Assembly: GCA_003555025.1 (NCBI GenBank)
Contig: PWHV01000011.1
Span: 12,101 to 76,100, forward strand
Origin: Methanomassiliicoccaceae archaeon
Lineage (GTDB): Archaea > Thermoplasmatota > Thermoplasmata > Methanomassiliicoccales > Methanomethylophilaceae
Direction of reading: 5' to 3'
DNA: 64,000 nucleotides
The notes beneath the pieces were generated by a model. The model searched no databases and was not told the DNA's origin. It was given only the letters and a program-made list of their open reading frames with translations. Each line of letters begins with the position of its first letter. Within the stretch, counting starts at the first letter, position 1. The position numbers and the translations under genes are program-made. This document shows positions 25,904 to 33,726 of this stretch, piece after piece.

Positions 25904-27823
25904 ATGTACAGGGCGCTTCTCGTTGAGAAGGACCAGGCCTTCATGGAAAAGGCCGTTACCTTTCTCACCAGGATCAACCGCGACCTCAGGGTGATTCCGT
26001 GCCCGGAACCCGACGATATGCCTGAGCTCATAGACAAATACCATCCTGACATCGTGGTCTCCGGCCACGACCCCACCGCGGGGATGGACGGCTTCACCCT
26101 CTTCAAATCGTTGCTGCGCCGAAGCGACAACTTCCCCTTCATAATCATGGTCTCCAACGGCTCCCAGGAGCTGGCGGTGGAAGCCATGAACCTGGGCATC
26201 GACTTCTACCTCATCAAGGACCGTCCCCCTCGGGAGCTCTTCAACGACCTGACCGACAAGATAATCCTGGCGGTGGAGAAGAGGCGCATAGACGAGGAGC
26301 GGTCCCTAAGCGAGCGGCGCCTCAAGGCCCTGGTGAGGCTGGCGAAGATGCACAGCTACGGGTTCTCGGAGGTGGCGCACTTCGTCCTCGAGGAGATGGT
26401 GAAATTGACGCGCAGCGAGATGGGTTATTTCGCCCTCTATGACGAGAAGCGCGACCTGCTCACCATGTACTCATGGTCACAGGCGGGCATGAAACAGTGC
26501 CGCGTGGAGGATAAGCCCATAGAGTACCCCATGGAGACGGTGGGCATATGGGGTGAGCCGGTGCGGCAGAAGCGGGCCATAATCGTGAACGACTACTCCG
26601 CTCCCAGCCCCCTCATAAAGGGCATACCCAAGGGGCACGTGGCTCTGGACAGGCTGCTGATGGTGCCTCTGATGCACAACGGCAAAGTAATCGGCACCGC
26701 CGGGGTCGCCAACAAGGCCCAGCCTTACGACGGCTCCGACATCAACCAGATGGCCCTGCTGATGGACGGCATGGCCAGCATATACATGGGCCGCATGTCG
26801 GGAGAGGCGCGGTACGAGACCGAGAGACGCTACGAGGACATGCTACACTTCGCCCCGGTGGGCATAATGGTGGTGGACAACCAAGGGCTGATAGTGGAGT
26901 GCAACCTAAAGGCGAGGAACCTCCTCGACCAACTCTCTGACGAGGGCCACATCGGCAAGTCGCTCATCGATTACAAGGATGATTTCACCGTGCAGCTGTA
27001 CTCGGCGGTTATGGAGTCGTTGCGCTCGCGCAGCCCCAGCAGCGCCAAGATCAGATTCAAGACGCCGCAGACCAACATCTCCATCCAGGTGTCCATACAG
27101 CCCCGCATGAATGGCCAGGACCCCAAGGGGGCGATAATAACCCTGGAGGACATGAGCGAGATCGAGACCTCGCTGGAGAAGCTGGAGAGGGCCTCCTTCC
27201 AGCTGAACGTGGTGGACCGAATGACATTCTTGGAGGTCTCCAACCAGCTGCAGATAATCAACGGCTACGTCAACTTCGTCAGTTCCATGAGCGACGACGA
27301 GGTCCTGGAAGAGCACATGGAACGCATACTTGACGCATCCGGCCGCATACAGGAGAGGATGCGCTTCTCCCGCGACTTCCGCAACGTGGGAATAATGAAC
27401 TCCGAGTGGCAGAGCGTCACCGATGCCGTGGCGCAGGCATCGCTGGCGGCCGATGTCCCGGAGGGGATGCTGCAGATCAACACCGGGAACCTGGAGGTCC
27501 TCGCCGACCCACAGCTCCCCAAGGTCTTCGAGAACCTCATGGCGATGAGCCTGCAAGAAGAAGGCGTGACCGCCATCAAGGTGGGGTTCAACATAATCGA
27601 TGGCCGCATGCGTATCGTCTACCAGGACGACGGCAAGGGCGTGGCCGAGGAGCACAAGGACCAGGTCTTCGATGCCAGCGCCTCGTGGGCGGCGAACGGA
27701 ATGTATCTGGTCAAGGAGGTGCTCTCCGTGTCCAAGATCACCGTGATGGAGAATGGCGTCCCCGGCGAGGGCACCCGCTTCGAGTTGATAGTCCCCAACA
27801 ACAGCTACCGGCTGCGCTCCTGA
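25904..27823 (+). CDS. REC(pseudo-receiver)-GAF-PAS kinase-like protein (paralog, apparently degenerate catalytic motifs)
   Basis: Same architecture as the upstream gene and alignable throughout. The H-box position reads MTFLEVSNQLQIINGYVNFV (no His). The N-box reads ENLMAMS. G1 DDGKGVA is retained. Confidence 0.8.
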   Translation: MYRALLVEKDQAFMEKAVTFLTRINRDLRVIPCPEPDDMPELIDKYHPDIVVSGHDPTAGMDGFTLFKSLLRRSDNFPFIIMVSNGSQELAVEAMNLGIDFYLIKDRPPRELFNDLTDKIILAVEKRRIDEERSLSERRLKALVRLAKMHSYGFSEVAHFVLEEMVKLTRSEMGYFALYDEKRDLLTMYSWSQAGMKQCRVEDKPIEYPMETVGIWGEPVRQKRAIIVNDYSAPSPLIKGIPKGHVALDRLLMVPLMHNGKVIGTAGVANKAQPYDGSDINQMALLMDGMASIYMGRMSGEARYETERRYEDMLHFAPVGIMVVDNQGLIVECNLKARNLLDQLSDEGHIGKSLIDYKDDFTVQLYSAVMESLRSRSPSSAKIRFKTPQTNISIQVSIQPRMNGQDPKGAIITLEDMSEIETSLEKLERASFQLNVVDRMTFLEVSNQLQIINGYVNFVSSMSDDEVLEEHMERILDASGRIQERMRFSRDFRNVGIMNSEWQSVTDAVAQASLAADVPEGMLQINTGNLEVLADPQLPKVFENLMAMSLQEEGVTAIKVGFNIIDGRMRIVYQDDGKGVAEEHKDQVFDASASWAANGMYLVKEVLSVSKITVMENGVPGEGTRFELIVPNNSYRLRS

Positions 27824-28440
27824 CCGCCGTTATCCCTCGCCATCCGTTTGACCTTCTCCAACGCCTCGGCCAGCAGCCCATAGCCGCCCACGGTCTCCTC
27901 GTGGCTGAGGTCCATCTCGGCGGCGAACTGCTGGGATCGTTGCCGCAGGGACTCCACATCCCCCACGCCCGTGTCGATGAACAGGCAGCGGGAGTAGCTT
28001 TCGAACATCATCCGCAGCAGGTCCATGGGGTCCACGCCCTCCACGGTGTCCAGGTGCAGCTCCTTTATCGAGCCCTCGATGCCCAGATTGGTCCAGCCTG
28101 GAGAGTTGTACCAGGTGCCGGCGCATCTGCGCCGCTCCTCGGCGTACCCGGACGGGGTGAGGAAGACGCCGATGCAGTCATCGGTGTGCACCATCTCCGC
28201 CGGTATGCTGACGTCCTTGGTCACGCCCATGAGGCTCTGGCAGTAGCAGTATCCCAGCAGCAGGGCGTCGACCTTGCCCTTTAGGGCGTTGGCCCTCTCC
28301 ACCACCTCCGTCCTCATCCGCTCCGGCTCTATATGGAGGCCGAATTCCAGGAATTCCACGTGGACGATGTCCTCGTCCCCCGCGACCAGCGCCTCGACCT
28401 CCTCCTTGAATATGTCGCAGGCGATGACACCCAATTTCAT
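27805..28440 (-). CDS. DUF1638 domain protein
   Basis: MKLGVIACDIFKEEVEAL...LLLGYCYCQSL...CLFIDTG resembles the DUF1638 family. ATG 28440 overlaps the upstream TGA (ATGA). Ends in TAG. Confidence 0.65.
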   Translation of the reverse strand: MKLGVIACDIFKEEVEALVAGDEDIVHVEFLEFGLHIEPERMRTEVVERANALKGKVDALLLGYCYCQSLMGVTKDVSIPAEMVHTDDCIGVFLTPSGYAEERRRCAGTWYNSPGWTNLGIEGSIKELHLDTVEGVDPMDLLRMMFESYSRCLFIDTGVGDVESLRQRSQQFAAEMDLSHEETVGGYGLLAEALEKVKRMARDNGGQERSR

Positions 28441-30452
28441 CGGCACGCCCCTCCGGCGTAGAACTGCCGCGGCTTGCCGACGGCGGTCACCATTATTTGC
28501 TTCTCCAGGAGAACCTCGCCGTCGTACTCCTGCCCGAATCCGAACTTGCGGTCGTGGTTCTCCACCTTGATCTCCACCGAGTCCGCCCCCGCCACCCGGG
28601 CCATGCGGTCGACGTGCTCCGAGCCGATCTTTCGGGCGTACTCCGCCGCCTCGCTCACGGAGTCGAAATCCCTCTTCTCTAGGGTGGAGAACAGGGTACA
28701 GGGCGGGTCCTCGGCGGTCCCCATGCCCGTCTTGGGCTTGATCAGGATGTTCATCTTCTCCACCACGCTGCCGGTTATGGCCCCTACGGCGTTGCCCACC
28801 TCGGCGTGCTCCGGCAGCAGCAGTCCAGTGGAGAAACGCTCCGCGATCATCGGGAAATAGGCCCCGATGGGGGCGCCGATGCCGATTATGGGCTTGTTCA
28901 GGCTCAGCCGGCAGGAGAAGTCCTTGCCCATGGCGCCGGTTATGGACTTGTCCAGAAGGTCGTAGGCCACTGTTCCCTCGCTCTCCTTTCCGGTCTCCTC
29001 GTAGACCAGCTTCCGGAGGAGCTCCATGGAGAGCTTCTCCACCACCATGGTCTTGGCGATGGAGAGGAAGTCCTCGCTGGACACGCCCATGCGCTTGGCC
29101 TGCTGCTCGAGGGCGATGCGCGAGGCCTCGGCGCAGTACTCGACGTAGGACCCCTCGACATGGAGCAGGTCAGTGGGCGTCAGCCCCATGCGGGTTATGA
29201 TGCCCATCTCCTCCATCTTCTTCACGTTGAAGGAGAACTGGTGTATGCCCAATGCCTCTTTGGCCTCCAAGAGGGAGTGCGGGCCCTCTTGGAGGAGGCG
29301 TAGGAACACCTTGTCGTTTTCGGACAGGGACCCGTCCCCGTCGTCCTTGAGCAGCACGAAGAATTCCACGTCCTGTATGACGTTGTCGATGTCCATGCTC
29401 TCCGGCGTGAAACGGGAGGCTCTGGCCGCGGCCTTCTTGAGCCTCTCCGTCACGTCGGGGCGCTGAGAGGCGCCGATGCACAGCGGTATCACCCGCAACG
29501 GTGTTAGCATGAGCTTGTTGCCGTTGACCACGAAGCGGCTATCGCCCCCGATGCCGGAGGTGGATATGTCCGCCGCCAGCACCCTGGTGCGGCGACCTCC
29601 GATCAGGGCGCCCTCCGGGTCCAGGCGCGGATGGCCGTTGCGGAGTATGCCGATGTCGGTGGTGGTCCCTCCCATGTCCACAACGATCGCTTCCTCCTCG
29701 CCGGTGAGCATCTTCGCCCCGGTGAGGCTGGAGGCGGGGCCGGAGAGTATGGTCTCCACCGGCCTCTGCAGCGCCACCCCCTCGTCCATCATCGAGCCGT
29801 CGCCCTTGACGATCATCATGGGCGCCTCGATGCCCAGCTCGCCGAGGACCTTCCTGACCGAATCCATGAGGTCGGCGATGATGGGTATCAGGCGGGCGTT
29901 CATCACCGTGGTGAGGGTCCTCTCGTTGAATCCCAGGCTCGACGATAGCTCATGCCCGCAGACCACCGGCTTCGAGCATACATCCTTGACCATCCTCTTG
30001 ATGCGGTCCTCGTGCTCGGGGTTGCGGACGCTGAGGAAAGAGGACACGGCGAAAGCGTCCACCGCGCCAGCGTACTGACGGATGAATCTCTCCGCCGCCT
30101 CCTCGTCCAAGGGCTCCGCCTCCTCCCCTGATAGCATGTGGCCGCCGGAGACCCTGCCGATCACGTCCACCGGTATTGACCGGTCGTAGTCCCTGCCCAC
30201 CACCAGCAGGGCGACGCGACAGCCTTTGCCCTCCACGATGGAGTTGGTCGCCAAGGTGGAGGAGACTGAAACCAGCTCCACCTCGGACAAACGACCGCTC
30301 CCCATATGGGATATGGCCTTGGAGATGCCGATGGAGAGGTCGTCCCTGGTGGTGAGTGACTTGGCCTTGCCGAGAACCTCCAGGCATCCGAAGTCGTACA
30401 ACGCCGCGTCGGTGTAGGTGCCACCCGTGTCTATTCCCAGGCCCAGGGCCAT
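28437..30452 (-). CDS. hydantoinase A / oxoprolinase-family ASKHA ATPase
   Basis: MALGLGIDTGGTYTDAAL is the phosphate-1 motif, and VVDMGGTTTDIG is the second ASKHA motif. 671 aa. A strong AGGAGGTGA RBS is present. No HyuB-like partner lies nearby. Confidence 0.8.
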   Translation of the reverse strand: MALGLGIDTGGTYTDAALYDFGCLEVLGKAKSLTTRDDLSIGISKAISHMGSGRLSEVELVSVSSTLATNSIVEGKGCRVALLVVGRDYDRSIPVDVIGRVSGGHMLSGEEAEPLDEEAAERFIRQYAGAVDAFAVSSFLSVRNPEHEDRIKRMVKDVCSKPVVCGHELSSSLGFNERTLTTVMNARLIPIIADLMDSVRKVLGELGIEAPMMIVKGDGSMMDEGVALQRPVETILSGPASSLTGAKMLTGEEEAIVVDMGGTTTDIGILRNGHPRLDPEGALIGGRRTRVLAADISTSGIGGDSRFVVNGNKLMLTPLRVIPLCIGASQRPDVTERLKKAAARASRFTPESMDIDNVIQDVEFFVLLKDDGDGSLSENDKVFLRLLQEGPHSLLEAKEALGIHQFSFNVKKMEEMGIITRMGLTPTDLLHVEGSYVEYCAEASRIALEQQAKRMGVSSEDFLSIAKTMVVEKLSMELLRKLVYEETGKESEGTVAYDLLDKSITGAMGKDFSCRLSLNKPIIGIGAPIGAYFPMIAERFSTGLLLPEHAEVGNAVGAITGSVVEKMNILIKPKTGMGTAEDPPCTLFSTLEKRDFDSVSEAAEYARKIGSEHVDRMARVAGADSVEIKVENHDRKFGFGQEYDGEVLLEKQIMVTAVGKPRQFYAGGACR

Positions 30453-30456
30453 GCAA

Positions 30457-30777
30457 TCACCTCCTGCCGCTCCATCCCATGTCCTTGTTGTACTTGTTAA
30501 CGACCTGCGATATATGGTCGGCCATCAGCCTCTCGTGGTTCTTCCCGAACACCTCGGGCGTGTCCCGGATGTAGAACTCGGCGTCGCACTTGGCGCAGCG
30601 CACCTTCGGACAATCCCTCATCGCCTCTGAACAGCCTTGGCAGGCTATGGTGCGCGCGTACATCATCGAGAACTCGAAGCCGCAGAACGGGCACTCGAAC
30701 TTCCGCAAGGACCTCACCGTCTGCGGCGAGAAGCCCTTGCTCCTCATGGCATCATAGTATCCTTTACTACCTAGCAT
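30457..30777 (-). CDS. Cys-rich small protein (zinc-ribbon or metal-binding)
   Basis: FECPFCGFEF...IACQGCSEAMRDCPKVRCAKCDAEF contains 8 Cys including three CxxC. ATG 30777 is preceded by GAGGTG. The track GTG at 30786 is an alternative start. Confidence 0.55.
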   Translation of the reverse strand: MLGSKGYYDAMRSKGFSPQTVRSLRKFECPFCGFEFSMMYARTIACQGCSEAMRDCPKVRCAKCDAEFYIRDTPEVFGKNHERLMADHISQVVNKYNKDMGWSGRR

Positions 30778-30787
30778 CAACAACACC

Positions 30788-31258
30788 TCAGTGATGGTCT
30801 ATCCCCTTCTCCACCTCATAATGATCATCTACTATCTCGAAGTCCATGTCGTAATCGGCGAAGACCTCGTCCAGTATGGAGCGGGTGAGGTCCCTGACCA
30901 CATCGTCCCATATCCCGTGGACGATGACGTGCATGGTGAATTCGAACTCCCTCAACGATTCCACCGGCAGCGAGTCCTTGAACGCCGCCTTCTCTTGGGC
31001 GGCATCGACGATGCTCCCCATGATGTTGCCCTCCGAGCTCCACACGAAGGACTTCACATGGCCGACGATGTCCGCGCCGTTCTCCATGCATATTTGGACG
31101 GAACGCTTCATAATGTGGTCGACGAACCTCAGTATCTCTTCCTTGCTCACTCCGCTCTCGGACCGGACCTTTATCACTATGGCGTACTTCCCCAGCTCAT
31201 CGACCGCCCGGTGCAGGTCGAGATGCAGGTCGTCGTGGTCGTCTCCAGACATGGTCAT
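30788..31258 (-). CDS. acidic, His-rich-termini hypothetical protein
   Basis: 156-aa ORF, MTMSGDDHDDLHLDLH...DDHYEVEKGIDHH. The start overlaps the CobW-like stop (ATGA). No family recognised. Confidence 0.55.
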   Translation of the reverse strand: MTMSGDDHDDLHLDLHRAVDELGKYAIVIKVRSESGVSKEEILRFVDHIMKRSVQICMENGADIVGHVKSFVWSSEGNIMGSIVDAAQEKAAFKDSLPVESLREFEFTMHVIVHGIWDDVVRDLTRSILDEVFADYDMDFEIVDDHYEVEKGIDHH

Positions 31259-31926
31259 TCCCTCTTGGCGTACTGCTTGCGGAGCAGCTCCTCCTCCACC
31301 GCATCGTCGTAGCGCGGCGATATCCTGTCGACTATCGTGTCGTAAACCAGATCAAGCCCCTCCCCGGTCACGGATGAAAGGTGGGCGATCTCCGCCCGCG
31401 GGTTGATGCTGGCTATGAACTCCTCGGTCTTGGCCACGGCCTCGGGCGAAGCGGCATCGACCTTGTTCACGAAGCAGACGTCGCTCTCGCGTATCTGGGT
31501 CTCGACCAGTCGGCGCACGGCCTTCAGCAGCATGTCGATGCGCGTGGCATCGACCAATGTTATGACGGGCGCATGCTCGATGATCATCTCCGCCTTGGCC
31601 TCGGAGTACTCGGCGGCCCTTTTCAGGCCCCAAGGTATGGCAACCCCGGAAGGCTCGACGATGACTATCTGGGGGTCGAAGACCTCGTGGAGCTTGACCA
31701 GCGTCTCGGCGAAAGAGCCGGCTATCTGGCAACAGATGCAGCCGCCGGCTATCTCCCGGGCCTCGAGCCCGTTGGCCTCCACGAACTTGGAGTCGATGCT
31801 GATCTCACCCACGTCGTTGACCACTATGGCTATGCGGCAGCCTTTGTTGACCAGCCCCTCCGCTATCTTCATGAGGGCGGTTGTCTTCCCGCTGCCGAGG
31901 AATCCTGCAATCTGCGAGACCTTCAT
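31255..31926 (-). CDS. CobW/HypB/UreG-family (G3E) P-loop GTPase
   Basis: GFLGSGKTT Walker A, the GGCICCQ (GCxCC) metal-binding motif, and NKVD G4. ATG 31926 (MKVSQIAGF). Confidence 0.85.
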   Translation of the reverse strand: MKVSQIAGFLGSGKTTALMKIAEGLVNKGCRIAIVVNDVGEISIDSKFVEANGLEAREIAGGCICCQIAGSFAETLVKLHEVFDPQIVIVEPSGVAIPWGLKRAAEYSEAKAEMIIEHAPVITLVDATRIDMLLKAVRRLVETQIRESDVCFVNKVDAASPEAVAKTEEFIASINPRAEIAHLSSVTGEGLDLVYDTIVDRISPRYDDAVEEELLRKQYAKRE

Positions 31927-31999
31927 TTTTATCACATTCTACGGTAAAGTGTTTGGGAAAGGGTTTGCCGCATAAAGTCGGTTGTGGAAGTTTCCCCGG

Positions 32000-33109
32000 T
32001 CAGCAATCGACCTTGCCGTTCTCCTTGGTCACGTCGACCACGGCCTTGATGTTCTCCATCTTGGTGGCGATGTCAGGCGGCACCTCGCAACCGCTGGATA
32101 TGCAGTAGCGGGAATTCAACCCCCTCTTGCAAAGGGAGGTCTTGACCTCTTGGCAGAGATCCTCCGTCACCTTGGAGATCTTCTCCGGGGTGGCGCGGAT
32201 GAACATCTGCGGGTCAATGTTCCCCGCCAGCAGGCAGTTGTCCGCATAGCCCTGGTCGATGACCTCGCCCGCGGTGGGCGACCCGGGGATCAGGGGGTAG
32301 TAGGCCATGCTGAAGATCACTGGCTTGAACTCCGTCACCTGGGTGTCCATATGGGGGAGGTCGGAGCAGTTGTGCACGCAGAAAGCCATGCCGCTGTCCG
32401 TGGTGAGCTTGTTCAGCATGCCAGCGTACTTGCTCTGCCCCTCGAACTCGTGGTACTCCGAATCACCGAGGCAGGAGTAGTTCGCCCACAGATAGTCCCA
32501 GACCAGGCCGTTGCAGCCCGTCTCGCCGAAGGCCTCGACCATCTGCCTGTCGAACTCCACCATAGTCTCCATGCCCTTGTGGACCACCGATGGGTCGGTG
32601 AACATGTCCATGAAGACCCTCTCAGCTCCAGCGGTCTGTGTCAAGGCCAGCAGCGGACCCTCCAGGAAACCGGCGGTGATTACCTCGCCCGCCAATTTCT
32701 CGGAGAAGATCTTGGTCCCCTCGACTAGGACGTTGGTTCTCCCCTTCTTGATGTCTGGGACCTCTAACTTCTCATAGTCCTCGGGGCTGTGGATGATGTG
32801 CTTGTCCACGAACGGGGTGTTCTCATCATCCATGCGGACGTTGGCTCCGAGGTCGCCAGCCAAGACGGAGAGGTCCATCAGGCCGATGGCGAAGTCGAAG
32901 TCGAAGTACTTGTGCCCAGCGATGAAACTCTCGGCGAAGAGCTTGGGATCCCGGCACCATTCGGCATAGGTGACGCCGTTGCCGCCGTTCAGCAGCTTGC
33001 GGTTGATGCCGCACGCTATTGGATAGGCGGGCAGGCGGTCGACCTCTTCATTCCCGAGCGCGGCCATTCCCCTCTCGAGATGGTTCAAAACAAGGCCTCC
33101 TTCAGCCAT
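32000..33109 (-). CDS. URO-D superfamily MT2-type methyltransferase (methylcobamide:CoM methyltransferase-like, MtaA/MtbA/MtsA family)
   Basis: 369 aa. VHNC (the HxC Zn ligands of MtaA-type enzymes) plus a distal SSGCEV Cys. N-terminus LERGMAALGNEEVDRLP is typical of the family. Confidence 0.8.
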   Translation of the reverse strand: MAEGGLVLNHLERGMAALGNEEVDRLPAYPIACGINRKLLNGGNGVTYAEWCRDPKLFAESFIAGHKYFDFDFAIGLMDLSVLAGDLGANVRMDDENTPFVDKHIIHSPEDYEKLEVPDIKKGRTNVLVEGTKIFSEKLAGEVITAGFLEGPLLALTQTAGAERVFMDMFTDPSVVHKGMETMVEFDRQMVEAFGETGCNGLVWDYLWANYSCLGDSEYHEFEGQSKYAGMLNKLTTDSGMAFCVHNCSDLPHMDTQVTEFKPVIFSMAYYPLIPGSPTAGEVIDQGYADNCLLAGNIDPQMFIRATPEKISKVTEDLCQEVKTSLCKRGLNSRYCISSGCEVPPDIATKMENIKAVVDVTKENGKVDC

Positions 33110-33726
33110 GCCACGGAGTCCTGGGCGTTCGCGTCGCGGTGGTCGGCGCCGATCTCCTCGGCGAAGTCCGGCGATGTCGGCGGGCCGCCGATGACCACTT
33201 TGGCCTTGGAGCGGTAGCCGCTCTCCACCAGCCCGTCGATGACGTCCTTCATGCCGTCCATTGTGGGCGTCATCAAGGTGCTCATGGCCACCACGTTGGT
33301 CTTGATGCTCTCCGCGGTGTCAATGAACGTGGTTATGGGCACGTCCTTGCCGAGGTCCTTGACCTCAAGGCCGCCGGCGGTCATCATGGTCTTGACGATG
33401 TTCTTGCCGATGTCGTGCACATCACCCTCGACAACGCCGATGACCACCTTCTTCTTGTCCGCAAGATCCTCGGTGGGGATCATGGGGAGAAGCATGTCCA
33501 GTCCAGCGTACATGGTGTTCGCCGACATCAATACTTGGGGAAGGTACACCTCGCGGGCGGCGTACCTGTCGCCAACGACCGACATCCCCTTCACGAGGCC
33601 ATCATTGATGGCGTCGAGGGGGCTGACCTTCTCGTCAATGGCCCTCTGGGCGTATGACTTGGCCTGGTCAGGCTTCCCTAGGACCACTCCCTCGCTCAAT
33701 CCGTTCAATATCTCATCTTTGCTCAT
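33085..33726 (-). CDS. corrinoid (cobalamin-binding) methyltransferase protein, MtaC/MtbC/MtsB family
   Basis: N-terminal B12-binding-2 helical cap followed by a Rossmann B12 domain with the DxHxxG motif (GDVHDIGKN). Confidence 0.9.
   Translation of the reverse strand: MSKDEILNGLSEGVVLGKPDQAKSYAQRAIDEKVSPLDAINDGLVKGMSVVGDRYAAREVYLPQVLMSANTMYAGLDMLLPMIPTEDLADKKKVVIGVVEGDVHDIGKNIVKTMMTAGGLEVKDLGKDVPITTFIDTAESIKTNVVAMSTLMTPTMDGMKDVIDGLVESGYRSKAKVVIGGPPTSPDFAEEIGADHRDANAQDSVAWLKEALF

Noticed and set aside
24277-26199. 640-aa ORF on the minus strand spanning both sensor kinase genes
   Set aside because: It is exactly antisense to two genes with clear domain architecture. Its composition is dominated by G/A/P/R/V/L/H, typical of mirror-frame ORFs in high-GC DNA, and it contains no recognisable motif.
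28437-30452. Annotating the 671-aa protein as a genuine hydantoinase/5-oxoprolinase
   Set aside because: No HyuB/OplB-type partner subunit is present. The operon context is corrinoid methyl transfer, so only the fold or family is called.
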